From: an uncultured bacterium
GTDB taxonomy: Bacteria; CSSED10-310; CAZUFC01
Direction of reading: 5' to 3'
Length of the DNA stretch: 64,000 nt
Assembly: GCA_964619725.1 (NCBI GenBank)
Contig: CAZUFC010000015.1
Span: forward strand, 8,963 to 72,962
In this document: one piece after another, positions 7,694 to 16,734 of the stretch
How the letters are laid out: the number at the start of each line of letters is the position of its first letter
How positions within the stretch are numbered: position 1 is the first letter of the stretch
Notes under the pieces: generated by a model
The model's database searches: none
Told to the model about the DNA's origin: nothing
Seen by the model: the letters and a program-made list of their open reading frames with translations, nothing else
Translations under genes and position numbers: made by a program

Positions 7694-10663
7694 ATGCGAG
7701 GAAACGTATGCAGCAATAACGACGGCAACGGCTTTGAAGTCTACAGTGAGAGTTACGGTTCATCCTATTCGGTGGACATTGAAATAGGCAACTGCGAATT
7801 CAACTCCAACAACAACAACAACAACGGCGTTTATCTTTCTCTGCTGCCGCCCGTAACGGTATTCTGTTCAAACAGTTCATTTCATCACAACTGGGATATG
7901 GGGATTCACCAGAAAAACGGAAAAGGCACATACATTCAGAACGACGTTTACTGGAATGCTGATTACGGGGTATATTTTACGGAAAGCGTAGGAGTCAACA
8001 GATTCTACTACGGCAACATATATTCCAACGACACGTATGAAATGTATAACGATACGGGTTATGCAGCGGACGCTCGTAACTGCTGGTGGGGAGATTTGAC
8101 CGCAGCGCAGATGAATGCCTGGGGTTACTCGGCCGACATATGGCTTTTATATGACGTTCATGATTATTACGGATCGGGCATGATTGATTACAGGGGCTGG
8201 AAAACAACCCCCGTCGATACTTCCGGGGACCCCGTATCGTATATTATCGATCCGATGGACGGGACGGTTATGCCTCCGGGAGATTTTACGGTTACGGGCG
8301 TAGCGTGCGCCTATCCGGGGATATTCAGAGTGGACATGAGTACCGATGGAGGCTCAAACTGGCTTCCGGCCGTCGGCAAAGAAACCTGGACCTGGGATTG
8401 GACTCCGTTAACGGGGGGAACCTATAATCTTGTTTCCAGATCAGAGGATAATGACGGAAATGTAGAAATACCAGGTTCCGGTGTCGACGTGACTATTGAT
8501 GAAGGCTTGATCCATTCCTGGGGGACCCTGTATGAAGATGAAACCTGGAGCGGGATAGTATCGGTAACCGGCGATGTTGAGGTTCCCGAAGGCTTGACTC
8601 TGACCATTTTGCCGGGAACATACGTTATCTTTGCGGCCTTGAGGGATGATTCCATATCGGGAGCGGATACTTCGCGTTGCGAGATCATCGTGCGAGGCGC
8701 GCTTATTGCGGACGGCGAACCGGCCGACGTGATTACATTCACCAGCGATGAAGTATTTCCTGACCCCAAGGATTATTACGGCATTCGTTTCATTAACGCG
8801 GACGACGATATCTCGCTGCTGGATCATTGCGATATTCAGTACGGTCATATTGGCATCGCCCTCAGTTCAACATCTCCGCACATCTCCAACTGCAGGATAG
8901 GCAATCACTGGCACAGAGGCATTTCAGGAACTCCGTCCGCTCACGAACTTGTCATTGAAACCAGTGAAATTTTTCAATGCGGCTCCAACTCCGACGGACA
9001 CGGCGTTTACATTAAATGTTCTGCGGATGCGAGTCTCCAATTCAACGGCAACCATTCGCATCATAACTACGCTAAAGGCGTTTACTTCGATAATTATTTC
9101 ATAAGCAATCCGATTCTTACGATAAACGACGGCACGTTCAATGAAAACGGAGACGACGGCGTTTACGTCAAACACATGTATACTTCGAATGGAACGCTGA
9201 ATTTCCAGGGTAATGAATCATACAACAACGACAACGACGGACTGGAAATTTACTGCGACAGTTACGGTTCATCTTACGCGCTGAATTTTTCCTTTCAGGA
9301 TTGCCGGTTCGATCTGAACGGAAACCACGGAATGAACGTGGTGGGAAAGACTTCGACCACATTGAACTGCATGAACAGTCAGTTCATTCATAATGAAGAA
9401 TACGGCATATATTTCAGCGGCGGACTGGCGACTTTCTCCTATAATGAAATCGCTGATAATGAAGATTACGGCGTGCGCTTCCACAATACGCAGGGAATAA
9501 CCATGTTCGATCAAAACAGTCTTTACGCCAATGATACGTATGAAATGTACAATGATTCTTCCTATGCGGTTTCCGCCCAAAGCTGCTGGTGGGGGATTGA
9601 GGCGACGGCTGAAATGGATGCCTACGGTTATCCGTATAACATAACGAAAATCTATGACATCCACGATAATTCATCGAAAGGGCAAGTCGATTACAGAAAT
9701 TGGCAATCCGAAGTGTTGCCCACGATTACAGCCACTGCAGGACCGTCTTTCACTCCCGGTCCGCCGACTGAAACGCCCACCACAGCGCCGACAGGTCCTC
9801 CGCCCACATCGACTCCGATTACGCCGACGAACACGCCTGAACCGACCGCCACCATTACCCCGACCCTCGTCTGCCTGAACGACGGTGATGTAGACGACAA
9901 CGGCAGACTGACTCCCAGAGATTCCAAATTAGCTTTCGACATATATCTGGACATTTTTACCGATCCTACACATGATGAATGGTGTTCCGCAGACTGCAAC
10001 GACAGCGGCGGCGTTACACCCGATGATGTCCAATGCATTTTCCAGCATTACCTGCAGATGGGCTGCGATTGCGTTGACCCAATCGAAAAATTCAATCTTT
10101 TTAACCGGTCATTCAAAACTAATCGCTCCCCTGATCTGATCAATTTCCTGATGGAGCCTTCAAGCCTGCATAATTCAGCCCCCCGCATTTCCTCCCGGGA
10201 CGCTGCGCTGGAGTTGCAAACATCCTCGGACGGGAAAATCAAAATGGCGATCCACTATGATAAAACTTCCAAAACGCTGATGCTTACCCTAAGTATCCAT
10301 CCCTATCGAAATGCCGTTCAGGCCTGGGGATTCAACCTGCAATACCAGGAGAGGATTCTTGGATTCAAACGCGCTTCATTTTCTGACGGTCTTTCCGACT
10401 GGATGTTTAAAGGTGTCGAGAGATTCGATTCTGCCATCGTTGCGGGCGCATTCAGTTCTCATCTATGTATACCCGCGGATTCGGAAACGGAAGCGCTTAC
10501 CTTTTTCTTCGAGTTGAAACCGAATCGTGAAATATTGGAAGACGACTATATTTTACGACTTACAGATTTTGTGGATGACATCAAACATTTCAATGCGGTT
10601 TTCGCCTCTTCAGAAAAACTCAATTATTCTGCAATCGCTGATAACCATCAGTTACGCGACTGA
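7694..10663 (+). CDS. Large surface-type protein: parallel beta-helix repeats, Ig-like domain, Pro/Thr linker, dockerin-like domain and C-terminal cohesin-like domain; appears 5'-truncated
   Basis: N..N...G(I/V)Y beta-helix repeats with an internally duplicated block (YEMYND..YA..A..CWWG twice); Ig-like V..G.A...RVDMSTDGG.NW..A.G...W...WTP; PT-rich linker; paired Ca-loops DVDDNGRLTPRD and DCNDSGGVTPDD (9872-10084); C-terminal domain aligns with the repeats of 10687-12201. No signal peptide. Confidence 0.75.
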   Translation: MRGNVCSNNDGNGFEVYSESYGSSYSVDIEIGNCEFNSNNNNNNGVYLSLLPPVTVFCSNSSFHHNWDMGIHQKNGKGTYIQNDVYWNADYGVYFTESVGVNRFYYGNIYSNDTYEMYNDTGYAADARNCWWGDLTAAQMNAWGYSADIWLLYDVHDYYGSGMIDYRGWKTTPVDTSGDPVSYIIDPMDGTVMPPGDFTVTGVACAYPGIFRVDMSTDGGSNWLPAVGKETWTWDWTPLTGGTYNLVSRSEDNDGNVEIPGSGVDVTIDEGLIHSWGTLYEDETWSGIVSVTGDVEVPEGLTLTILPGTYVIFAALRDDSISGADTSRCEIIVRGALIADGEPADVITFTSDEVFPDPKDYYGIRFINADDDISLLDHCDIQYGHIGIALSSTSPHISNCRIGNHWHRGISGTPSAHELVIETSEIFQCGSNSDGHGVYIKCSADASLQFNGNHSHHNYAKGVYFDNYFISNPILTINDGTFNENGDDGVYVKHMYTSNGTLNFQGNESYNNDNDGLEIYCDSYGSSYALNFSFQDCRFDLNGNHGMNVVGKTSTTLNCMNSQFIHNEEYGIYFSGGLATFSYNEIADNEDYGVRFHNTQGITMFDQNSLYANDTYEMYNDSSYAVSAQSCWWGIEATAEMDAYGYPYNITKIYDIHDNSSKGQVDYRNWQSEVLPTITATAGPSFTPGPPTETPTTAPTGPPPTSTPITPTNTPEPTATITPTLVCLNDGDVDDNGRLTPRDSKLAFDIYLDIFTDPTHDEWCSADCNDSGGVTPDDVQCIFQHYLQMGCDCVDPIEKFNLFNRSFKTNRSPDLINFLMEPSSLHNSAPRISSRDAALELQTSSDGKIKMAIHYDKTSKTLMLTLSIHPYRNAVQAWGFNLQYQERILGFKRASFSDGLSDWMFKGVERFDSAIVAGAFSSHLCIPADSETEALTFFFELKPNREILEDDYILRLTDFVDDIKHFNAVFASSEKLNYSAIADNHQLRD
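7808..7825 (+). repeat. (AAC)6 in-frame microsatellite encoding poly-Asn
   Basis: AACAACAACAACAACAAC; the duplicated block downstream has only NGNHG at the equivalent place. Confidence 0.8.
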
Positions 10664-10686
10664 TCCTCCGGAAGGTGGTGCATTTA

Positions 10687-12201
10687 ATGAAATTACCAAG
10701 GTTTTACTCGTCGGCGGCATCGCTTTTCTTAGTCTCACTCCTGATTAGTTACGGTACAATCGCCTTCTTTCCTGAAACATGGGCGATCACCCGGCAAAAC
10801 GACGTTATATGGGCGGAAAACAGCACGGGGTGTTCGGGAGCCGTTGTCTCAATTCCGGTCATGATTGAAAATTCCGACACGGAAGTTGCCGCTTTCGGAT
10901 TCGATCTGCATTATTGCCCTGATATGCTGGAATTCGTCTCGTGCACCAACGGCCAATTGACCGCAGGCTGGTACTTTCTGGAGTGTAATGAATGGGAAGC
11001 CGGAATTGTGAGAGCCGGGGGTTTCAGCATGACACCCATTCCGACGGGAAGTAACGGCAGCATAGTGGTTTTACGTTTTTCCGTCACTTGCGAAAATTGC
11101 GATCTATACGACGAATGCATAACAAACATGACGAATCTTGAAGATGATCTGATCGGTTGGACGACTTTACCCGGAACATTTACATATTATTGCGATCCGA
11201 CATTTACGCCTACTGCAACACGATCGCCTACTCCCACTCCCACCCCCACGCACACCCCTTTGAGCGACGTCATACAGGTTGAAAATTCTTCCGGGTGCTT
11301 CGACGAAATGATCGAAATTCCCGTAAACGTTTCTAATCCTAACAGCAGCCTGGTCAGCTTCGGTTTCGAATTGTCCTATTCAACCGATATGCTGGAATAT
11401 AAATCTTGCGCCGCAGGGAATCTGACCGCCGGCTGGCCTTATCTGGACTGCAATGAAATCACGCCAGGAACTATCGTCGCAGGCGGCTTCGGTGAAACGC
11501 CCATTCCTCCAGGAAATAACGGAAGCATAGTAATACTGCAGTTCAACATAATCTGCGAAACGTGTGAAAACGACGACCTATCCTCCCTGACGCTTTCCGA
11601 CCTGGTGGATGATGTGACTGATTGGGTTCCCTTGCCCGGAACATTCACCTATTACTGCGCCCCTACGCCTACTTTCACGCCTTCACCTCCTCCGACTTAT
11701 ACTCCCATTCCAACGGACGACTATTTGTGGGCAGATGAAATATCAGGCTACGCAGGCGAAGCGCTCCAGGCCGCCGTCTCCATTTCCAACCCTGATACGC
11801 CGCTTTCTTCTTTCGGATTCGAACTCAATTACGATCCCGATATGCTGAATTTTCTCTCATGCGATCCGGGCCTTCTGACTGCCGACTGGCCCTACCTGAA
11901 TTGCAACCAAATTACGCCGGGCCATATCATAATCGGAGGATTCAATTCAGAACCTCTGCCTGCCGGACAATCAGACAGCATCATTCTGCTTAACTTTCAA
12001 GTCGTATGCGAAAGTTGCTTTCACGGTGATCAATGCCCCCTGGCCTTTGACGATATGGTCGATGACATCGCTCACTGGGATGCGCAAAACGGAAAGTTCA
12101 CCTTCCTGCAGGTTTTCACAGTACCTGCCTTTAGCATATTCGGCGCACTCTCAGCCCTCTTCTTTCTATCACGGGCTTTAAGAAAAAAAGTGGGAGGTTA
12201 A
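10687..12201 (+). CDS. Secreted three-cohesin mini-scaffoldin-like protein with Pro/Thr linkers and a C-terminal sorting-like tail
   Basis: Signal peptide; three ~130-aa repeats (IPV.I.N....L.(A/S)FGF.L.Y..DML.F.SC..G.LTA.W..L.CN....G.I..GGF...PIP.G...SI..L.F...CE.C) separated by PT linkers; ends VPAFSIFGALSALFFLSRALRKKVGG. Start placed at ATG 10687 after GAAGGTGG. Confidence 0.78.
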   Translation: MKLPRFYSSAASLFLVSLLISYGTIAFFPETWAITRQNDVIWAENSTGCSGAVVSIPVMIENSDTEVAAFGFDLHYCPDMLEFVSCTNGQLTAGWYFLECNEWEAGIVRAGGFSMTPIPTGSNGSIVVLRFSVTCENCDLYDECITNMTNLEDDLIGWTTLPGTFTYYCDPTFTPTATRSPTPTPTPTHTPLSDVIQVENSSGCFDEMIEIPVNVSNPNSSLVSFGFELSYSTDMLEYKSCAAGNLTAGWPYLDCNEITPGTIVAGGFGETPIPPGNNGSIVILQFNIICETCENDDLSSLTLSDLVDDVTDWVPLPGTFTYYCAPTPTFTPSPPPTYTPIPTDDYLWADEISGYAGEALQAAVSISNPDTPLSSFGFELNYDPDMLNFLSCDPGLLTADWPYLNCNQITPGHIIIGGFNSEPLPAGQSDSIILLNFQVVCESCFHGDQCPLAFDDMVDDIAHWDAQNGKFTFLQVFTVPAFSIFGALSALFFLSRALRKKVGG

Positions 12202-12287
12202 CGGAGCCGAACGTCCTCAGTATAAGAATAAAAGGGGCTGATCAAATAAAGGCGCTGCTTTTTCAAACCGTTTGTCTGCGCTTGCTC

Positions 12288-14114
12288 TTACTGCCCCGTC
12301 TCTTCACCTGTCTGACGCGCCAATTGCTCCTTGTACCATTTTTTCGAGCCGAACCATTTCCTTTCTCTTTTATCGCCTTCCAGAAGCACGCTCACCGTAA
12401 ATCCTTTTCTTTTAGCGAAAAGCACGCCTTCTCTGCTGTTTTTGCACAATTTCAACCTGGCCAGCAGCTCCAGTCCCTGGCCGGAAACTTCCAGGTTTTC
12501 GGCCTCAACGCAATTGTTTTTTGCTCTTATATCGGCTGTAGCGGTAATATTTTTCGTCTCGAACAAACTGCCGAAGTATTTCCATAATTGTCGTTTCTCA
12601 GCGAATACAGCTACAACAGGTCTTGTATCCTGAAATTCAGCGGAAATGCCCGCTCGCATCGAAACAGGCTTCGACCAGTTCAATTCGCCTCTCATAATGC
12701 TTATTTTTCCCCACCAGTCACTATCCTTGTATTTATCGGGTCGATCTTCATCGTATAACTTTATGCTCTGTAATTGCACTTCTGAACCGTCCAGATCAAA
12801 ACGCTTGCCTTTCAGTTCGTCTGACCGGACCTTTGTCTTCACGGTTACCAGTCCCTTGAATCTCAAACCGCCGAACTGTATTTCCATATCTTCGCCCTTC
12901 AGATTTATTTGACCGCTTCCCTCGTCCTTCAAAGAAGAAAAATCCAAACGGCTGTTGATCGTCCCGTAACCTCCTAAAATTGAGAGGTCTTCAAGCTGCC
13001 CCATGTAGCTGTTGTAAATCGTTAAATCAGGAACCCTGGATTCAGGGATTTCCACGTACCCGCTTAATCCTTCAAAGGGCGGAGTCAGATTGTTCGACGG
13101 GGTTACCGCATGCAGATGAAAACCTGAGCCAAAAATGTAAGGTTCCGGCTGATTTTTCATTTTTACCTGGAAATCATTAAAATTTACATCAACCGTACTT
13201 TGGAATTGTCCTTCTTTTTCAGTAACCGACGCTTTTATGTGAGCTTCTCCAGAAGCGCTGTAATCAAGCACATCCACGGCAATATCATCAGCGTCCGCCG
13301 TTAACTGGGAACCCTCTTTCAATCTTCCCCAGTCCAGAGTCAGGTCAAATTCCATATTTCCGCTGCCTTGCAGGATAATCCACGGCGTCTTCTGAAAGTA
13401 ATAGTTGAGGAATTCCAGGCCGGCGGCGCTGGTTTCTCCTTTCAAACGGCCCGAAAAAAATTGCAGCGCCGATAAGTCTTTATGTTCGACCGGCGAAAAC
13501 GCCTTGCTTTTAAATTCAAGTTCTACATTGCTATAACCGGCCAAGCGCCTTTTACCGTCACGAATATCGCCGGAATTCGTCTGAAAACCGGCCTTGTTGA
13601 TTTTCATGTATTCTTTTCCCCGAAACCGTCCGTCCAGTTCAACCTGTCCTGAACCCGCAACAACATATTGCAAAATGGATATCTGTTCGACTTTATCCGC
13701 TTTGGCATCCCTGAATTCCAGAATCCAGCGGCCCTTTTTACGCTTTTCCCCGGCCTGCTCATCCTTCTTTATTTTCAGCATGGAAAATTTCAACCCGCTT
13801 CCTCTCAATCCGCCGACAGAGAATTTCTTTCCGATAAGGTATAATAAATTAATGGTTCCCTTTCCCTCATCAAGTTCCACTTTCCAGTCGAATTTTCTGC
13901 CGCTCCTTTCTATCACCAGGTCTTTCACCGACAGGCGTCCCGGCAGAAAACTCTGACCCTGCGACCAGGAAACCTTCAGCTTTTCAGGCCGGAGATTCAT
14001 AAGGTCATGACCGATTTCAGTATTAAAAAAAATCTGAGCGGCGCCGATGTAAGCCAATTCCAGCAGAATACATAATACGACAAGTCTGATTATCCATTTA
14101 ACTATTTTTTTCAT
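12288..14114 (-). CDS. Hypothetical N-terminally anchored, beta-rich periplasmic protein (AsmA/TamB-like repeating beta-groove, tentative)
   Basis: Single N-terminal TM helix, then 600 aa of alternating beta-strand-like sequence rich in G/L/K. Confidence 0.45.
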   Translation of the reverse strand: MKKIVKWIIRLVVLCILLELAYIGAAQIFFNTEIGHDLMNLRPEKLKVSWSQGQSFLPGRLSVKDLVIERSGRKFDWKVELDEGKGTINLLYLIGKKFSVGGLRGSGLKFSMLKIKKDEQAGEKRKKGRWILEFRDAKADKVEQISILQYVVAGSGQVELDGRFRGKEYMKINKAGFQTNSGDIRDGKRRLAGYSNVELEFKSKAFSPVEHKDLSALQFFSGRLKGETSAAGLEFLNYYFQKTPWIILQGSGNMEFDLTLDWGRLKEGSQLTADADDIAVDVLDYSASGEAHIKASVTEKEGQFQSTVDVNFNDFQVKMKNQPEPYIFGSGFHLHAVTPSNNLTPPFEGLSGYVEIPESRVPDLTIYNSYMGQLEDLSILGGYGTINSRLDFSSLKDEGSGQINLKGEDMEIQFGGLRFKGLVTVKTKVRSDELKGKRFDLDGSEVQLQSIKLYDEDRPDKYKDSDWWGKISIMRGELNWSKPVSMRAGISAEFQDTRPVVAVFAEKRQLWKYFGSLFETKNITATADIRAKNNCVEAENLEVSGQGLELLARLKLCKNSREGVLFAKRKGFTVSVLLEGDKRERKWFGSKKWYKEQLARQTGEETGQ

Positions 14115-14177
14115 GGAAATCCTTTATGTTTCGGGTGCATAATTAAATGGGGTAACTTTTAAGTTTTGATGAGTAAA

Positions 14178-14729
14178 TCATGATATGGCCGCAGTAATTG
14201 CTGCGGTTGAGTCTTCCTCATGCATTAAAAGCAGGTATAATCCGAAACCCAATAATATCGGCAGTTTTTCATCGCCCTGCATTCTGGGGTCAATGTCGGC
14301 CGTCGCCTGATTTTTAAAAATGTCCTTGAATTTCCGATCTTTTATGCCGGGGTTGAACCTGAGCAGCGTCTGAGCCTCGGCATCGTTGAATCCCCAGGCT
14401 GTACCCCAGAAATTGGAAGGTTTCCAGGCGTACGAACGTCCATCCTTAAACGTCAATACTCCATGCCCCCATAGATTGGATTTATACTCAGCCAGGTTCT
14501 CTTCCAAGCCTTCTGAACGGATTGTAATTCGCGGATTCATGAAACCGATGCGCTTGAAAGTCCAATTCCCGTATGCCGATTCCGTCAACGCCAGGGTCCC
14601 TGAACTGGAACGGAACGACAACTTACCGAGCAAAGCGTCGTTCGCCCATAGTTCAAACTTCCGTTCGCCGCTTTTCGGCTGAAGCCATTCCGCCTGCGGC
14701 GCCTCAATTTTACTCAATTGCGTCATCAA
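14178..14729 (-). CDS. Hypothetical protein (beta-rich with C-terminal hydrophobic helix)
   Basis: 183-aa ORF with AGGGAG RBS, co-oriented with its neighbours; no recognised motif. Confidence 0.6.
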   Translation of the reverse strand: MMTQLSKIEAPQAEWLQPKSGERKFELWANDALLGKLSFRSSSGTLALTESAYGNWTFKRIGFMNPRITIRSEGLEENLAEYKSNLWGHGVLTFKDGRSYAWKPSNFWGTAWGFNDAEAQTLLRFNPGIKDRKFKDIFKNQATADIDPRMQGDEKLPILLGFGLYLLLMHEEDSTAAITAAIS

Positions 14730-14782
14730 TATCGCTCCCTTCGCGATTTTTTCTCATAAAATATCATGAGTTTTTAAGCTCT

Positions 14783-15646
14783 TTAACCCCCTTTAAAGTC
14801 TTGCAAAAAATCTTTCCAGGCTTTCCAGTATTCAGCGCCTCCGACCAGATACGTATCGTTATGCCCGGCGCGTTCAATTTCATAGTAAGTTTTCGGCTCA
14901 GGCGCCAGACTGAACAATTTTTTTCCATGCTCCACCGGAACGATTTCATCTTTGTTTCCATGAATAATGAGCAGGGGCACATCGATTTGGTCTATCTTCC
15001 GTTCATTGTCGAATTTTTGCCTGATCAGCCTGGATATCCCGGGAATGATGGGAAATATCTCGGAAGCCATCTTCATGGTTGAAAGAAACGCAGATTCCAT
15101 CACCAAGGCGCCGCCCTTAACATGCAATGACGTCTCCAATGCCACGGCTGCGCCCAATGAACGACCGAAGAACACTATCTCCTGCGATTTTACCTTCTTC
15201 TGTTCTTTCAAATACTGACAGGCGCCTCGTCCCGTTTCATAGCAGACTTTCTCATTCGGCCGTCCCCCGCTTTTGCCGTAACCCGGATAATCCATCATTA
15301 AAAGTCCTTGAACAGAAGCATCCAAATTCAACATCATGCCGGCGAAATCGAGGCGATGAGCGATGTGACCCGCATTTCCGTGAAAAAATACAATTACCGC
15401 ACCCTGCTCCCTCTTTGGAAACCACCACCCATGCACATCGAATCCCGATTCTATATGGTAAACGGCATCCTCATACTTCAGCCCGTAAACTGAAGGCTCC
15501 ATCCATTCAACAGGATGACGCACCGGGTAAAAAATCATGGAACTTTCAAAAAAAGCCATAGCCGCCCCCACTGCAATTAATGCCGATATTATTATTAATA
15601 CTGCCGTTATCCGTCGTCTGCTCATCCATTTTGCTCCCGTTTTCAC
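14783..15646 (-). CDS. Alpha/beta hydrolase (ABHD13/YfhR-like)
   Basis: HGNAG, DYPGYGKSGG, nucleophile elbow GRSLG, IIHG.KDEIVP, AGHND; N-terminal TM. Confidence 0.9.
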   Translation of the reverse strand: MKTGAKWMSRRRITAVLIIISALIAVGAAMAFFESSMIFYPVRHPVEWMEPSVYGLKYEDAVYHIESGFDVHGWWFPKREQGAVIVFFHGNAGHIAHRLDFAGMMLNLDASVQGLLMMDYPGYGKSGGRPNEKVCYETGRGACQYLKEQKKVKSQEIVFFGRSLGAAVALETSLHVKGGALVMESAFLSTMKMASEIFPIIPGISRLIRQKFDNERKIDQIDVPLLIIHGNKDEIVPVEHGKKLFSLAPEPKTYYEIERAGHNDTYLVGGAEYWKAWKDFLQDFKGG

Positions 15647-16296
15647 TTCCTCTCCTTCTCATTTCCCGGCATCTCCATAAATTCCTGCCCCTCAATCATA
15701 AAACCCGCATTTCCCGAACTTATATCCGTCATTCTCTCCTTCAACCATTCGCGGTCTTCAAACGGACACATAACAGTAAATTCTACGATATCTGAATAAT
15801 TAATTTTCGTTATCGTTATTTTTTCGCTTTCTTCTAAAAGATGTCGCGTCGATCCAAGTAAAGGATATTGAACTCGAATTCTGATACGGAAAAACAATCC
15901 CATAGATATTATCCCGGCATCACTGACGGCGGCCGAAGCCGCTCTGGTATAAGCTCTCACCAGGCCGCCCGTCCCCAGTCTGATTCCACCGAAATATCGC
16001 GTCACAACTACAACAATATCCCTTAATTCCTCTTTTTGAATCATCTGCAATACAGGTTTTCCAGCCGTTCCCGAAGGCTCGCCGTCGTCGCTGAATCTCC
16101 GCTGCTCTCCTCTGTCTCCGCAAATATACGCAAATGCATTGTGGTTCGCATCCCTGTGCTCATTCCGCACTTCATTGATGAATTGCCCGGCGCTTTCCTC
16201 CGTATCAATCCGTTTCGCATGTCCTATAAATCTGGACTTCCTCTCCGTTAACTCTCCCTTTCCCTGCCCTCTTATCGTACGAAACCTTTTCCTCAT
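15643..16296 (-). CDS. yigZ: IMPACT-family protein YigZ
   Basis: KSRFIG, ANHNAFAY, SDDGEPSGTAGKP, VTRYFGGIRLGTGGLVRAY. Confidence 0.93.
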   Translation of the reverse strand: MRKRFRTIRGQGKGELTERKSRFIGHAKRIDTEESAGQFINEVRNEHRDANHNAFAYICGDRGEQRRFSDDGEPSGTAGKPVLQMIQKEELRDIVVVVTRYFGGIRLGTGGLVRAYTRAASAAVSDAGIISMGLFFRIRIRVQYPLLGSTRHLLEESEKITITKINYSDIVEFTVMCPFEDREWLKERMTDISSGNAGFMIEGQEFMEMPGNEKERK

Positions 16297-16734
16297 ATCT
16301 TACCCTACTTGAACGCCGTCACTTCCTTCTTATTGAGCGATTTACTTCCATAAGCCGAATACCCTTTTTTGGCGATGATCAAAATACTCAGGTTTGCGGA
16401 AACGATTGGAAAAATTTCTCAACCAGACTTTATTTCCAAGGCATCATACTTCCCGTTACCGGAAAAAAACCCGATGAATCCACAACAATGCGAATCACGA
16501 CAACCGACAGTCCTTATCGTAATTGCTGCCGGTCAGAAAATCAACTCACCCGTCAAACGGCCCATTCTCCATTCAATTTTCGGCATTGAACAAAGGAGCA
16601 CTTTCACCGGTTGTGATTTGCACAGTCTTGACTGTCGAACGATGCAGAAAAACTGAGATAAAAGGGAATGATCAGATGAAAGAGCCTCAGCAACGCCCTG
16701 ATCCTGCGCATGTTTGATGAATTTTGGCGATGAG

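Noticed and set aside
7700-7830. AAC-rich stretch as a DGR template repeat for the similar block at about 9220-9330
   Set aside because: Differences between the two blocks are not confined to adenines; this is an old intragenic duplication plus a microsatellite.
16369-16717. Short plus-strand ORFs between yigZ and the secreted protein
   Set aside because: Weak starts, no RBS and no recognisable motif; probably intergenic.
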